Made by a program: the position numbers and the translations under genes
Part shown: positions 56,413-64,000 of the stretch, one piece after another
Layout: every line of letters starts with the position of its first letter
Position numbering within the stretch: position 1 is the first letter of the stretch
The notes under the pieces: model-generated
What the model was told of the DNA's origin: nothing
What the model saw: the letters and a program-made list of their open reading frames with translations, nothing else
Databases searched by the model: none
DNA from: a virus
IMG/VR virus record: IMGVR_UViG_3300005096_000103
Span: 74,360 to 138,359 of that record
DNA length: 64,000 nt
Reading direction: 5' to 3' (one strand)

Positions 56413-57576
56413 ATGGAACTCCCAGACCCAATCAAAGTCTCAGTCCCAAAATCCGTAGTAATGTCTGAATCAGACAGCTATACATCGCGGGACCTCCTTA
56501 AGACCTTAGAGAGGATGAGTGCTGTAGACGAGACAGAATATCTAAATCCAAGGCTTGACATACTATTCCTCCTCATGAATAACCAAGCCTACGGGTCGAA
56601 GCTAAACTTAAAGAAGCCGGACCGTACCACCCTCGACGAGACTAAACACCTCAAGACCCTCGACTACCCAGCAAGGATACTCGCGAGTGCGAAGGTCAGG
56701 ACAGGCAATTCACCTATCTACGTGCCCAACAAGTTCGAGACGACGTACCTAGCAGACCTCAGGATCCACACAAAGCTTAACAGGCCTGACTACCACCGAC
56801 AGATCCAGACGATAGCGTCTGTAGAGCCGCTATCGTCTGTAGAGCCGCTATGCGACTGGGAGCTAACCAACCCTCACAATGCGAGCTACTGCAGTGCTAA
56901 GAATAAGTACGTAGCCGAAATACACTGTAGGTGCTTAGGTGACGCAGTACAGACACTATTCGACACGGCGATAGTCCGCAAAGCCTTATGCGTAACAGAG
57001 CTAGGAGGCCTACGTACGGGCATATCAGCAGTCGGGGGTACAATGGACTGCCTAGCAACGCTGATAGCTCACATTCCAATAAAGACCTCGCGCCACGTCT
57101 ACGAAGTTGCGATAGGCGTTATCTATGATACTCTACATAGACAGGATACTCTACATAGACAGGATACTCTACATAGACAGGATACTCTACATAGACAACC
57201 AGGTAGCTCATCAGGCTTTAAGTTTATCTTGACTATCTCGGAGCTAGCGTACAGTTACATAACACAAAACTTCTTCTACCCAGACGTCTATGACTACGTG
57301 TTCAATCGCTCTAGACTCCTAACGATGTACTGGACACGGTGTCATGAACTCATAGAGCTCTTAAACCTCACAAAACAAGGTATGGACTTAATCCGGGTAG
57401 ATCAACCAAGGCTCACAATAATTAACCAGCTGACAACTTACAAATGGGCTAGCGTAAATTCCGTACAAGACGCCTGCTGGGATCTCCTACGCAACACAGC
57501 ACCAGGGGACTCCACCCAAAAGAGTAAATACATCAGGCTGTGTGATGAGTTGATCTATCAGTTATTCAGCCAATAA
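56413..57576 (+). CDS. Hypothetical protein, paralog family C
   Basis: Same motifs; in-frame 18-bp repeats at 56816-56851 and 57127-57197. Confidence 0.8.
   Translation: MELPDPIKVSVPKSVVMSESDSYTSRDLLKTLERMSAVDETEYLNPRLDILFLLMNNQAYGSKLNLKKPDRTTLDETKHLKTLDYPARILASAKVRTGNSPIYVPNKFETTYLADLRIHTKLNRPDYHRQIQTIASVEPLSSVEPLCDWELTNPHNASYCSAKNKYVAEIHCRCLGDAVQTLFDTAIVRKALCVTELGGLRTGISAVGGTMDCLATLIAHIPIKTSRHVYEVAIGVIYDTLHRQDTLHRQDTLHRQDTLHRQPGSSSGFKFILTISELAYSYITQNFFYPDVYDYVFNRSRLLTMYWTRCHELIELLNLTKQGMDLIRVDQPRLTIINQLTTYKWASVNSVQDACWDLLRNTAPGDSTQKSKYIRLCDELIYQLFSQ
57127..57197 (+). repeat. 18-bp in-frame tandem repeat x4 (DTLHRQ)
   Basis: gatactctacatagacag. Confidence 0.95.
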
Positions 57577-57591
57577 CACTAAGAGAGAAAT

Positions 57592-58713
57592 ATGCCCACA
57601 GTACGAACAGACGCCAGCATCTCACGCTCCTGGTCACCTCGGAGGCGCATAGACGCAAAGCTCAGCAACCAGATACGAGACGCGCTTCGACGGATGGAAA
57701 CCTTCATTAGCCTACCAGGCAATCCAGGTCTAGAAGTTCTCTACATCCTGGGCGTACTACGTTGCTTTGACAGCATATCCTACAAAGAGTACCAGAGGGA
57801 GGTGTACCCTACAGCTACCTACGGGGGCTACATACCTAACTTTGGAGAGACGACATACCTCTCGCACCTTGAAATCTACAACAAGTCTAGTAAGTATGTG
57901 TATGAGGACCAATTCCGCACCGTGGGATACGTAGAGCCTCTTAGAGCCTCACACGCACCACAAGTCTACGAGCCACAAGTCTACCCTCCTAGCACTGTAG
58001 ACCTTCCTAAATTCAACACCTTTGGCGAAGCAGTTCAAGCACTGTTCGACCTCCCTAAGGTCCAAGCGCTATTCCACCTATCAGGCTACAACGAGGTAGA
58101 ACAGACAAAGGTACGACATATAGACTCCTTCTCTGATGTGAGGTTACCTGGTTCCACAGCAGCTAGAAAACCTAGTTGCGTCGAGAGACTACTAGTACAA
58201 ATACCTATTAAGACGTCAATGCACGTATACGATATACATATCGCGCGCGGAGATATATGGGATACGTGGGATGCGTTTGGTAACACCAGTAAGAGTCAAG
58301 CTCCACTAGTGTTACGAGTTGTGGAGAAAATATACAGCTCAAAGCGTAAGGAGAACTTATACTCCAGCGCGACGCTCCTATTAGAAATAACCTGGTTTAA
58401 CATACACAACCTACTCACAGCACTACGAGAGCTTCGCGAACATAAGCGTGTCATCACCATCATAGGCGTATCAGAGTCAAAGTTGCTACGCTGGTGGATT
58501 CCACCTACTAGAGTAGTACCCGGCGTACACAAAAATATAATCGCAGATAGCTACTCTGCCTTCAAGACCAGCGGCGTAGAGGCTGAGGAACGTCACAAGT
58601 CCAGAGGTCGTGAAGTAGGATACGACTTAGCTGCTAGCTACGACCTAGATGCTAGCTACGACTTAGCTGCCTGCTACGATGACGGGGAGTTTTTAGATAA
58701 GGCTCTACTCTAA
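57592..58713 (+). CDS. Hypothetical protein, paralog family C
   Basis: YIPNFGETTYLSHLEIYNK; TFGEAVQALFD; LLVQIPIKTSMHVYD; C-terminal YDLAAS repeats. Confidence 0.8.
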   Translation: MPTVRTDASISRSWSPRRRIDAKLSNQIRDALRRMETFISLPGNPGLEVLYILGVLRCFDSISYKEYQREVYPTATYGGYIPNFGETTYLSHLEIYNKSSKYVYEDQFRTVGYVEPLRASHAPQVYEPQVYPPSTVDLPKFNTFGEAVQALFDLPKVQALFHLSGYNEVEQTKVRHIDSFSDVRLPGSTAARKPSCVERLLVQIPIKTSMHVYDIHIARGDIWDTWDAFGNTSKSQAPLVLRVVEKIYSSKRKENLYSSATLLLEITWFNIHNLLTALRELREHKRVITIIGVSESKLLRWWIPPTRVVPGVHKNIIADSYSAFKTSGVEAEERHKSRGREVGYDLAASYDLDASYDLAACYDDGEFLDKALL

Positions 58714-58787
58714 CTAACAGTAGGCTCTACTCTAACTAACAGTAGGCTCTACTCTAACTAACAGTAGGCTCTACTCTAACTAACAGT
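58700..58787 (+). repeat. 22-bp tandem repeat x4 spanning a stop codon
   Basis: aggctctactctaactaacagt. Confidence 0.97.
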
Positions 58788-58809
58788 AGATTATAGGAGA
58801 GAAACAAAG

Positions 58810-60072
58810 ATGTACGGAAACGCCGCAGCAGCTTCTGTAACGTGCTCAAGGGGCTTCCCCTTCCTACAACTCCTAAGAGAAGGCGTATACGGAAACAACT
58901 CAGGTAGGCTAAAGCTTAAGTGTACACCAAACTACCTGTACACGATGGACGACATCAGAGATCTAAAAGGTCAAAGGTTTAAGTACGCCAACCTTGTTAA
59001 AGAGCTGGGACCTAGAGCTATAGAGTACAGGGGCGTAGTCTGGACTCCTAGATCATCAAATTGGAACAGTCAAGGCGTGATAGCTTGTTACACAAAGGAT
59101 AAGGCAGTGATCCTCTCGGGTGAAACTTCGGGAGAGCTAAGATGGTTTGGTGAGGATGATCCGTGTCGAACAGGCATCTTAGAAAACCCATGCCACCTCC
59201 ACACAAATAGATTACTACCTACAGCGGGTAGAGAGTCCTATAAGCCCTACTTAGTACCTAAGACGCTGCGCCTTGAAGACGTCAAAGCTATCCTGCTCCA
59301 CACATTCGGAGAGACGACAGGTTGGGCAGATATCAAGCAAAGACCAATCAGCCAAATCAAGGCAGCCTACTACAAAGCTGTGGACAAGTACCTACGTAGA
59401 ATCAACGCCTCAACTTTCGGTGGGTACCACCTAACCTCATATATGTCACCTGAAAGGCAGAAGCGCTGTACTGAGGTAGCCGCAGTCTATAGAGACTTGT
59501 ACGAGTCAAAGTACTCAAAGCCTGCAATGCGCGAGATGGCAAAGAAGATAAGGGTCCGAGCCCCTGCAAGTTACAGCTTCCGTAAAACACCTGGATACCT
59601 CCTCAAGATCCCTGACGAGAACTACTACGATTCAATACTAAAAGACCTAAGAAATAGCTACGTAGCCACACTTATAGAGAGTACATACGCAAACTCTCAG
59701 TATATCGAGGACTATCCGCTACAGAACCGCACAGGTGAACTCACCATAGTACTAGAAGCTCCAGTCCTAGCCCTCCGGTATCTAAGAGATCAAGGGCTTA
59801 ACATCCTAGACACTACCCTAGAAAACACAAACGACGTGGAGACAGAAGTCTACAAGCTAAGAGACTATGCAATAAGGAAGTCCAAGGCTATAAGGCGTGA
59901 ACACGACAAAGAGGTAGCTGACTCTAAGATTCAAGACCTCCTAGACGTTAGGCTGCACTCTACAGCGAAGAAAGCAACAAAGAAAACGCTAATAGAAAAC
60001 GCCATACAATGCCACCCAAACTGCGCTAAATATGCAGACGTGTCTATAGTGTGGAGACACTTAGCGAAGTAG
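58810..60072 (+). CDS. Hypothetical protein
   Basis: 420 aa, AGGAG RBS. Confidence 0.75.
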   Translation: MYGNAAAASVTCSRGFPFLQLLREGVYGNNSGRLKLKCTPNYLYTMDDIRDLKGQRFKYANLVKELGPRAIEYRGVVWTPRSSNWNSQGVIACYTKDKAVILSGETSGELRWFGEDDPCRTGILENPCHLHTNRLLPTAGRESYKPYLVPKTLRLEDVKAILLHTFGETTGWADIKQRPISQIKAAYYKAVDKYLRRINASTFGGYHLTSYMSPERQKRCTEVAAVYRDLYESKYSKPAMREMAKKIRVRAPASYSFRKTPGYLLKIPDENYYDSILKDLRNSYVATLIESTYANSQYIEDYPLQNRTGELTIVLEAPVLALRYLRDQGLNILDTTLENTNDVETEVYKLRDYAIRKSKAIRREHDKEVADSKIQDLLDVRLHSTAKKATKKTLIENAIQCHPNCAKYADVSIVWRHLAK

Positions 60073-60109
60073 TAGCTGACACGAAGTAGTAGCTGACACG
60101 AAGTAGTAG
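60065..60109 (+). repeat. 17-bp tandem repeat spanning a stop codon
   Basis: cgaagtagtagctgaca x2 plus partial. Confidence 0.92.
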
Positions 60110-60123
60110 AGGAAGCTTAAGAC

Positions 60124-61401
60124 ATGAAATCGAGCAAGAGCAAAGAAATAGTCGAAGCTCTCCAACGAATGAACAAGTACGAAGTTCAATGCGCTGAAGA
60201 AGAGCTAATCAACGCTGACGTCATAAGACCAATACACCGAGGTTTAGCAAGTTGTGCGCTAGACACACTATTTGTACTCGGCGATACAGAAGCGCACGGG
60301 GTTAAACATACACATACGCCTACTACAGACCTCACGTTTAAGTCTGAAGGACCTAGACTAGCAAGGGATGTACTAGCCCTGCGAGACTTAGAGGAGACAA
60401 CGTATCTGGCTAATCTGACCTTCTACAGTGAGATGAACCACGTAAAATACAGCGAGCAGATACGATCTCTAGGTGACGTTGAGATTTTACCAGAATCCAT
60501 AGAGTTCTCAGATCATAAGACGTTCACAGAGTCTGCACCGTCATGGGTACATACATTAGTGGAGGCATCTGCTACCACAGTGTCAGTACGTAGAATAGAA
60601 GAAATACACTGTGAAACTCTAGGCCAAGCAGTACAAGCACTGTTTAACCGCAAAGTAGTACAAAATTTCCTATGTATTAAAGATTATGAGGGAGTAGACC
60701 TACATAAGAACTTTACAGCAAGTGTAGAACAACACTGTCTAGACACTATCATAGCGCACATACCTCTTAAAACATCATGGCACTTCTATGAGGTATCAAT
60801 ACACCTGCGAAACCACTCCACAAATACCTGGAATACACAAGATAAGTATCCCACACTAGAGATTTGGGAATTTGCACATAGTACAAGACATCGAGAAAAA
60901 AGAACGGTTGAGGTGAACCAAATCCTATCGATTGGCTGGCGTAGGGTAGATACTCTAGCCTCTGCACTAAAGTCTCTAAAGGAGTCTCCCCGTGGTAAAA
61001 ATCCCAATGTAAGCGAGGGTACACACCTTGTAGCTAGACAACGTAAACTCTGTACTACAATCCATATACCCAGCTACTGGAGCCGAACAAGGGAGATACT
61101 GACCTACACCACAAAAGTACTCTGGCGCGCAAGCTCACTAAACGTGAGAGAGCAGCTCAGACATCTAGCAGAAGAAGAAGGTGGAGATCTCCTGGTCAAC
61201 AGCCAGAGCCTAAAGCCATTCAGACTAGACAAAGATAACGGTAAGGGACATTACAAGAAAGAGGTCATAAGAAACTTCATCAACAGGATGAGTGAAGTGC
61301 TACAGGTACCCAGATCAGACGGTAAAGGGTACAAGTACAATACCAAACAAGATCGCTACGTAAGAGACGGCATCTTTGTGGTTGAGTCACTCTACCTGTG
61401 A
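60124..61401 (+). CDS. Hypothetical protein, paralog family C
   Basis: ETTYLANLTFYSE; EIHCETLGQAVQALFN; IIAHIPLKTSWHFYE. Confidence 0.8.
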   Translation: MKSSKSKEIVEALQRMNKYEVQCAEEELINADVIRPIHRGLASCALDTLFVLGDTEAHGVKHTHTPTTDLTFKSEGPRLARDVLALRDLEETTYLANLTFYSEMNHVKYSEQIRSLGDVEILPESIEFSDHKTFTESAPSWVHTLVEASATTVSVRRIEEIHCETLGQAVQALFNRKVVQNFLCIKDYEGVDLHKNFTASVEQHCLDTIIAHIPLKTSWHFYEVSIHLRNHSTNTWNTQDKYPTLEIWEFAHSTRHREKRTVEVNQILSIGWRRVDTLASALKSLKESPRGKNPNVSEGTHLVARQRKLCTTIHIPSYWSRTREILTYTTKVLWRASSLNVREQLRHLAEEEGGDLLVNSQSLKPFRLDKDNGKGHYKKEVIRNFINRMSEVLQVPRSDGKGYKYNTKQDRYVRDGIFVVESLYL

Positions 61402-61441
61402 AACAGGGTCACTCTACCTGTGAAACAGGGTCACTCTACCT
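61386..61441 (+). repeat. 22-bp tandem repeat spanning a stop codon
   Basis: gtcactctacctgtgaaacagg x2 plus partial. Confidence 0.92.
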
Positions 61442-61463
61442 CTAGACACACCTAGGAACTAAA

Positions 61464-63386
61464 ATGACTACAGAGTTTGAAAGGACACCGTATAAAAGCG
61501 CACGTGAACACATACTCAAATATTTCAGGGGCCAGGTAAAGCGAGAAAAAGAGAGGCTGGGCACCCTCCCAGCTGAACAAAGAGAAGTTGTCTACCTCAG
61601 AAGAGATTACGTTGGCCCAGAGAGGAGACAAACACACACAAAGACCTACAGCGTGTACAAAGGTAGCCGCGTACAGACCTTAGATTACAAAGCTTACTCA
61701 GAAGTACTCGACTCAGACCTTCGAGCGTTTGAAGTACTAATCTTTAGTATAGAGAACGAGGTTAAAGCGTACATACGCGCAGGTGCCGAGGAGGTAATGG
61801 ACAGCCCCTACCGATTCCTACGAGGCTTAGACCTACGTCTCAACGTCTTCAGAGTCCTAGCTGCCTACATGACTATACCGCTAGACATGCTCATGCGCAG
61901 CTACACTAAGTCAGAGTCCACACCGATACTAGACTTCAACGCTCTAGAGTCTTCTCGCAAGACCACGGATCGCGTAAGAACTGGTCTAGAAGACGAAGGA
62001 ACCTCTGAGTGGATTGCAGCATGTAAGCTTCGTACAAAGTATAAGATGACATACAGTGTGGACCCCTACAACTGCAGCGAAATGACGCTACTCAACGGGG
62101 TCTTTTACAGACTTCTAGGAGGTTCAGGCACATTTGAATACTATGAAAACAGAGTAGCGAGCGCTTATAACGATCTGAGGTATGGTAAAGTAGCATCCGC
62201 AGCGTTTATGTCAATATACAGCCTCCACCAGGCCCGTCGCGCACACAAATCAAATAACGTTGACATGCTCCTCGACATGGCTCCTAAGTACAAAGATATC
62301 GTATCAACGATAACAGACCCTCAGCTCGGCAACTACAGAATCGTAGTGCATAAGGCATCAGACGTAGCAAGTGCAAGACAGCAGCAGACCCTTCGCACAG
62401 ACGCGATAGTGTTGTACAAAGCTGTGTACCAGGTGAGGGGTGGGAAGAATACGAAGAATGTAGTCTGGAAATACCTAGGTGTGCCAAGTTATATGAGTAG
62501 ACAGGTTACTTCATCCACAACGCTTTACTGCCCCTATGACGTTGAGGAGCTAGGGTACTGGTGCAGTAAGACAGCGGAGAATATGCCTATAAATAATATA
62601 TATAGCGGGCAGGAACACGTAGACAAGCTACAGAAAGGCGTACCTCCTGTAGAGAATATCTTCGTATCCTATAGGGGGTGGTGGTCGAAGCTAGCAGCTC
62701 TACAAGTGAAGTACGAAGCGGGGATAACTATCTGGAGTACAGAGTCCTGGGATGGGAAACTTGTGAGCGACTTCAAGCACACTATCGAGGCAGTCAACTT
62801 CAGACCTCTAGACAACTTTGAATTTCCATACATTGCCCTAGTCGATTGGGCCGGAGTCTTCGCCAACTACGTCATGACAACAGCGCGAGACAAGAGAGGG
62901 GATCTAAAGTCAGATACAATATCATCTCTAGAGCTGTGGACGAAAAGCAAGCCCTTGGCTGACCGTCAGGACGCAGAACGTATGAGGCAGCTACACACCA
63001 CAGCAGGCACTGACCCCTACTACTCAGTTAGGTGCGTACCGGACCACTATGGCCCCCACGGTCTCCTAGGGGACAAAGTCCCAAGGTACAGGTACCACAC
63101 AGGACTAGGGTACTATGGGGATACGACATCAAAGTCGCCTTGCACGGAACTAGAGTTCTACGCCAAAATCACCAAGGCTCTAAAGAAGTTGCGTGAGATC
63201 GACGCCAACATCAACCGCAATTCAAAGGCCATTAAGCTAGATGGCCTCCTCGGAGAACCGGTCCAAGACCCTACGTCGGCATTCGCGTCAGCACACACGT
63301 ACGGCATCGTAGACCTAGGGTTGCGTACAATAGCAAAGACACTGAGGATCGATTACACGCGAGTGGTCAAAGGTTCAACACTCTAG
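61464..63386 (+). CDS. Large hypothetical protein
   Basis: 640 aa, AGGA RBS; no motif recognised. Confidence 0.8.
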   Translation: MTTEFERTPYKSAREHILKYFRGQVKREKERLGTLPAEQREVVYLRRDYVGPERRQTHTKTYSVYKGSRVQTLDYKAYSEVLDSDLRAFEVLIFSIENEVKAYIRAGAEEVMDSPYRFLRGLDLRLNVFRVLAAYMTIPLDMLMRSYTKSESTPILDFNALESSRKTTDRVRTGLEDEGTSEWIAACKLRTKYKMTYSVDPYNCSEMTLLNGVFYRLLGGSGTFEYYENRVASAYNDLRYGKVASAAFMSIYSLHQARRAHKSNNVDMLLDMAPKYKDIVSTITDPQLGNYRIVVHKASDVASARQQQTLRTDAIVLYKAVYQVRGGKNTKNVVWKYLGVPSYMSRQVTSSTTLYCPYDVEELGYWCSKTAENMPINNIYSGQEHVDKLQKGVPPVENIFVSYRGWWSKLAALQVKYEAGITIWSTESWDGKLVSDFKHTIEAVNFRPLDNFEFPYIALVDWAGVFANYVMTTARDKRGDLKSDTISSLELWTKSKPLADRQDAERMRQLHTTAGTDPYYSVRCVPDHYGPHGLLGDKVPRYRYHTGLGYYGDTTSKSPCTELEFYAKITKALKKLREIDANINRNSKAIKLDGLLGEPVQDPTSAFASAHTYGIVDLGLRTIAKTLRIDYTRVVKGSTL

Positions 63387-63425
63387 AAACTTTAATGAGT
63401 GCCAAAGAAACTTTAATGAGTGCCA
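63385..63425 (+). repeat. 20-bp direct repeat (21-bp period) at a stop codon
   Basis: agaaactttaatgagtgcca x2. Confidence 0.9.
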
Positions 63426-63438
63426 CATCACTTTAATG

Positions 63439-63467
63439 TTGACACGTCCTTAAATGACGGTTAGGTT
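63439..63467 (+). promoter_or_regulatory. Sigma-70-like promoter TTGACA-N17-TAGGTT
   Basis: Upstream of the last ORF. Confidence 0.5.
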
Positions 63468-63546
63468 AAACGAACCAAAGGGGGATCTTACTGTGATACT
63501 ACAGTCAGACGAACCTAGACAGCTATACATGGAGAGGCTAATCCCT

Positions 63547-63903
63547 ATGTCAAACGATAACGCACCAGAAACTGACGACAACACCCCCGACAACACGCCT
63601 GACAACGCCCCCACCAAGCCGAAAAAGACCCGCAAGTCGAGTCTCTCGAAATTTGTGGTCTGCCTAGTACTTGAGGAGGACGGCGTGTCCCTCCTCAAGC
63701 CTATTCGAGGTGCGGACGGAGCACCCCGACAACATGAGACTCTCCGTGACGCAAAGACCTGGGTCTCAGACAACATCGAGCAGTTCGGCTCTGAAGACGA
63801 GATCTGCGTCAGCTTCGTCTTCGCCAAGCTCTCGGACGTCTTCGCGGCAACATGCATGACCATGCGCACCACGAAGTTCACGACCAAGCCTGAGGCTCTC
63901 TAG
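63547..63903 (+). CDS. Hypothetical protein with DNTP repeats
   Basis: GGAGAGG RBS supports ATG 63547. Confidence 0.6.
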   Translation: MSNDNAPETDDNTPDNTPDNAPTKPKKTRKSSLSKFVVCLVLEEDGVSLLKPIRGADGAPRQHETLRDAKTWVSDNIEQFGSEDEICVSFVFAKLSDVFAATCMTMRTTKFTTKPEAL

Positions 63904-64000
63904 AGTTGTGGCTCTCTAGAGTTTAGGCTCTCTAGAGTTTAGGCTCTCTAGAGTTTAGGCTCTCTAGAGTTTAGGCTCTCTAGAGTTTAGGCTCTCTAGA
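63894..64000 (+). repeat. 16-bp tandem repeat, 6 full copies plus a partial copy running off the window
   Basis: ggctctctagagttta, containing palindrome ctctagag; overlaps stop TAG 63901-63903. Confidence 0.97.

Noticed and set aside
58700-58787. 22-bp repeats as a mini-CRISPR array
   Set aside because: Repeats are head-to-tail with no spacers, and no cas genes are present; the same applies to 63894-64000 and 34873-34944.
1-64000. Stop-codon reassignment (TAG/TGA recoding)
   Set aside because: Standard-code ORFs tile the window densely; TAG, TAA and TGA all end genes with downstream RBS/starts.

Overview
This 64-kb window looks like part of a large, lytic, contractile-tailed dsDNA phage genome. 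It shows no integrase, CRISPR array or reverse transcriptase, and the head and terminase genes lie outside the window. 1-19 kb (+) is a tail/baseplate module: tape-measure-like C-terminus, hub, gp25-like, baseplate-J-like and wedge proteins, and a tail fibre. A sigma-70-family sigma factor and an M15 peptidase are embedded in it. 18.9-20.2 kb (-) is a tail-chaperone pair joined by a -1 slippery site. 20-45 kb (+) holds early/accessory genes (DinG helicase, SLT, tRNA-Leu, MazG-like, P-loop kinase, zincin, 3'-5' exonuclease, pentapeptide-repeat protein, paralog families), many preceded by a TGGTATAAG motif. 45-47.5 kb (-) is the most striking feature: six small genes sharing a conserved N-terminal leader ending in K-x-A, followed by unrelated Gly-rich cationic cores, divergent from a triple glycine-zipper protein. 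51.8-54.5 kb is a 2.7-kb non-coding region with inverted iteron-like motifs, an AT-rich core and a C-rich tract (candidate origin or terminus). 54.5-64 kb (+) holds large unknown genes including a four-member paralog family. Short tandem duplications are frequent throughout, many straddling stop codons. All product calls come from motif recognition by eye; no database searches were run.
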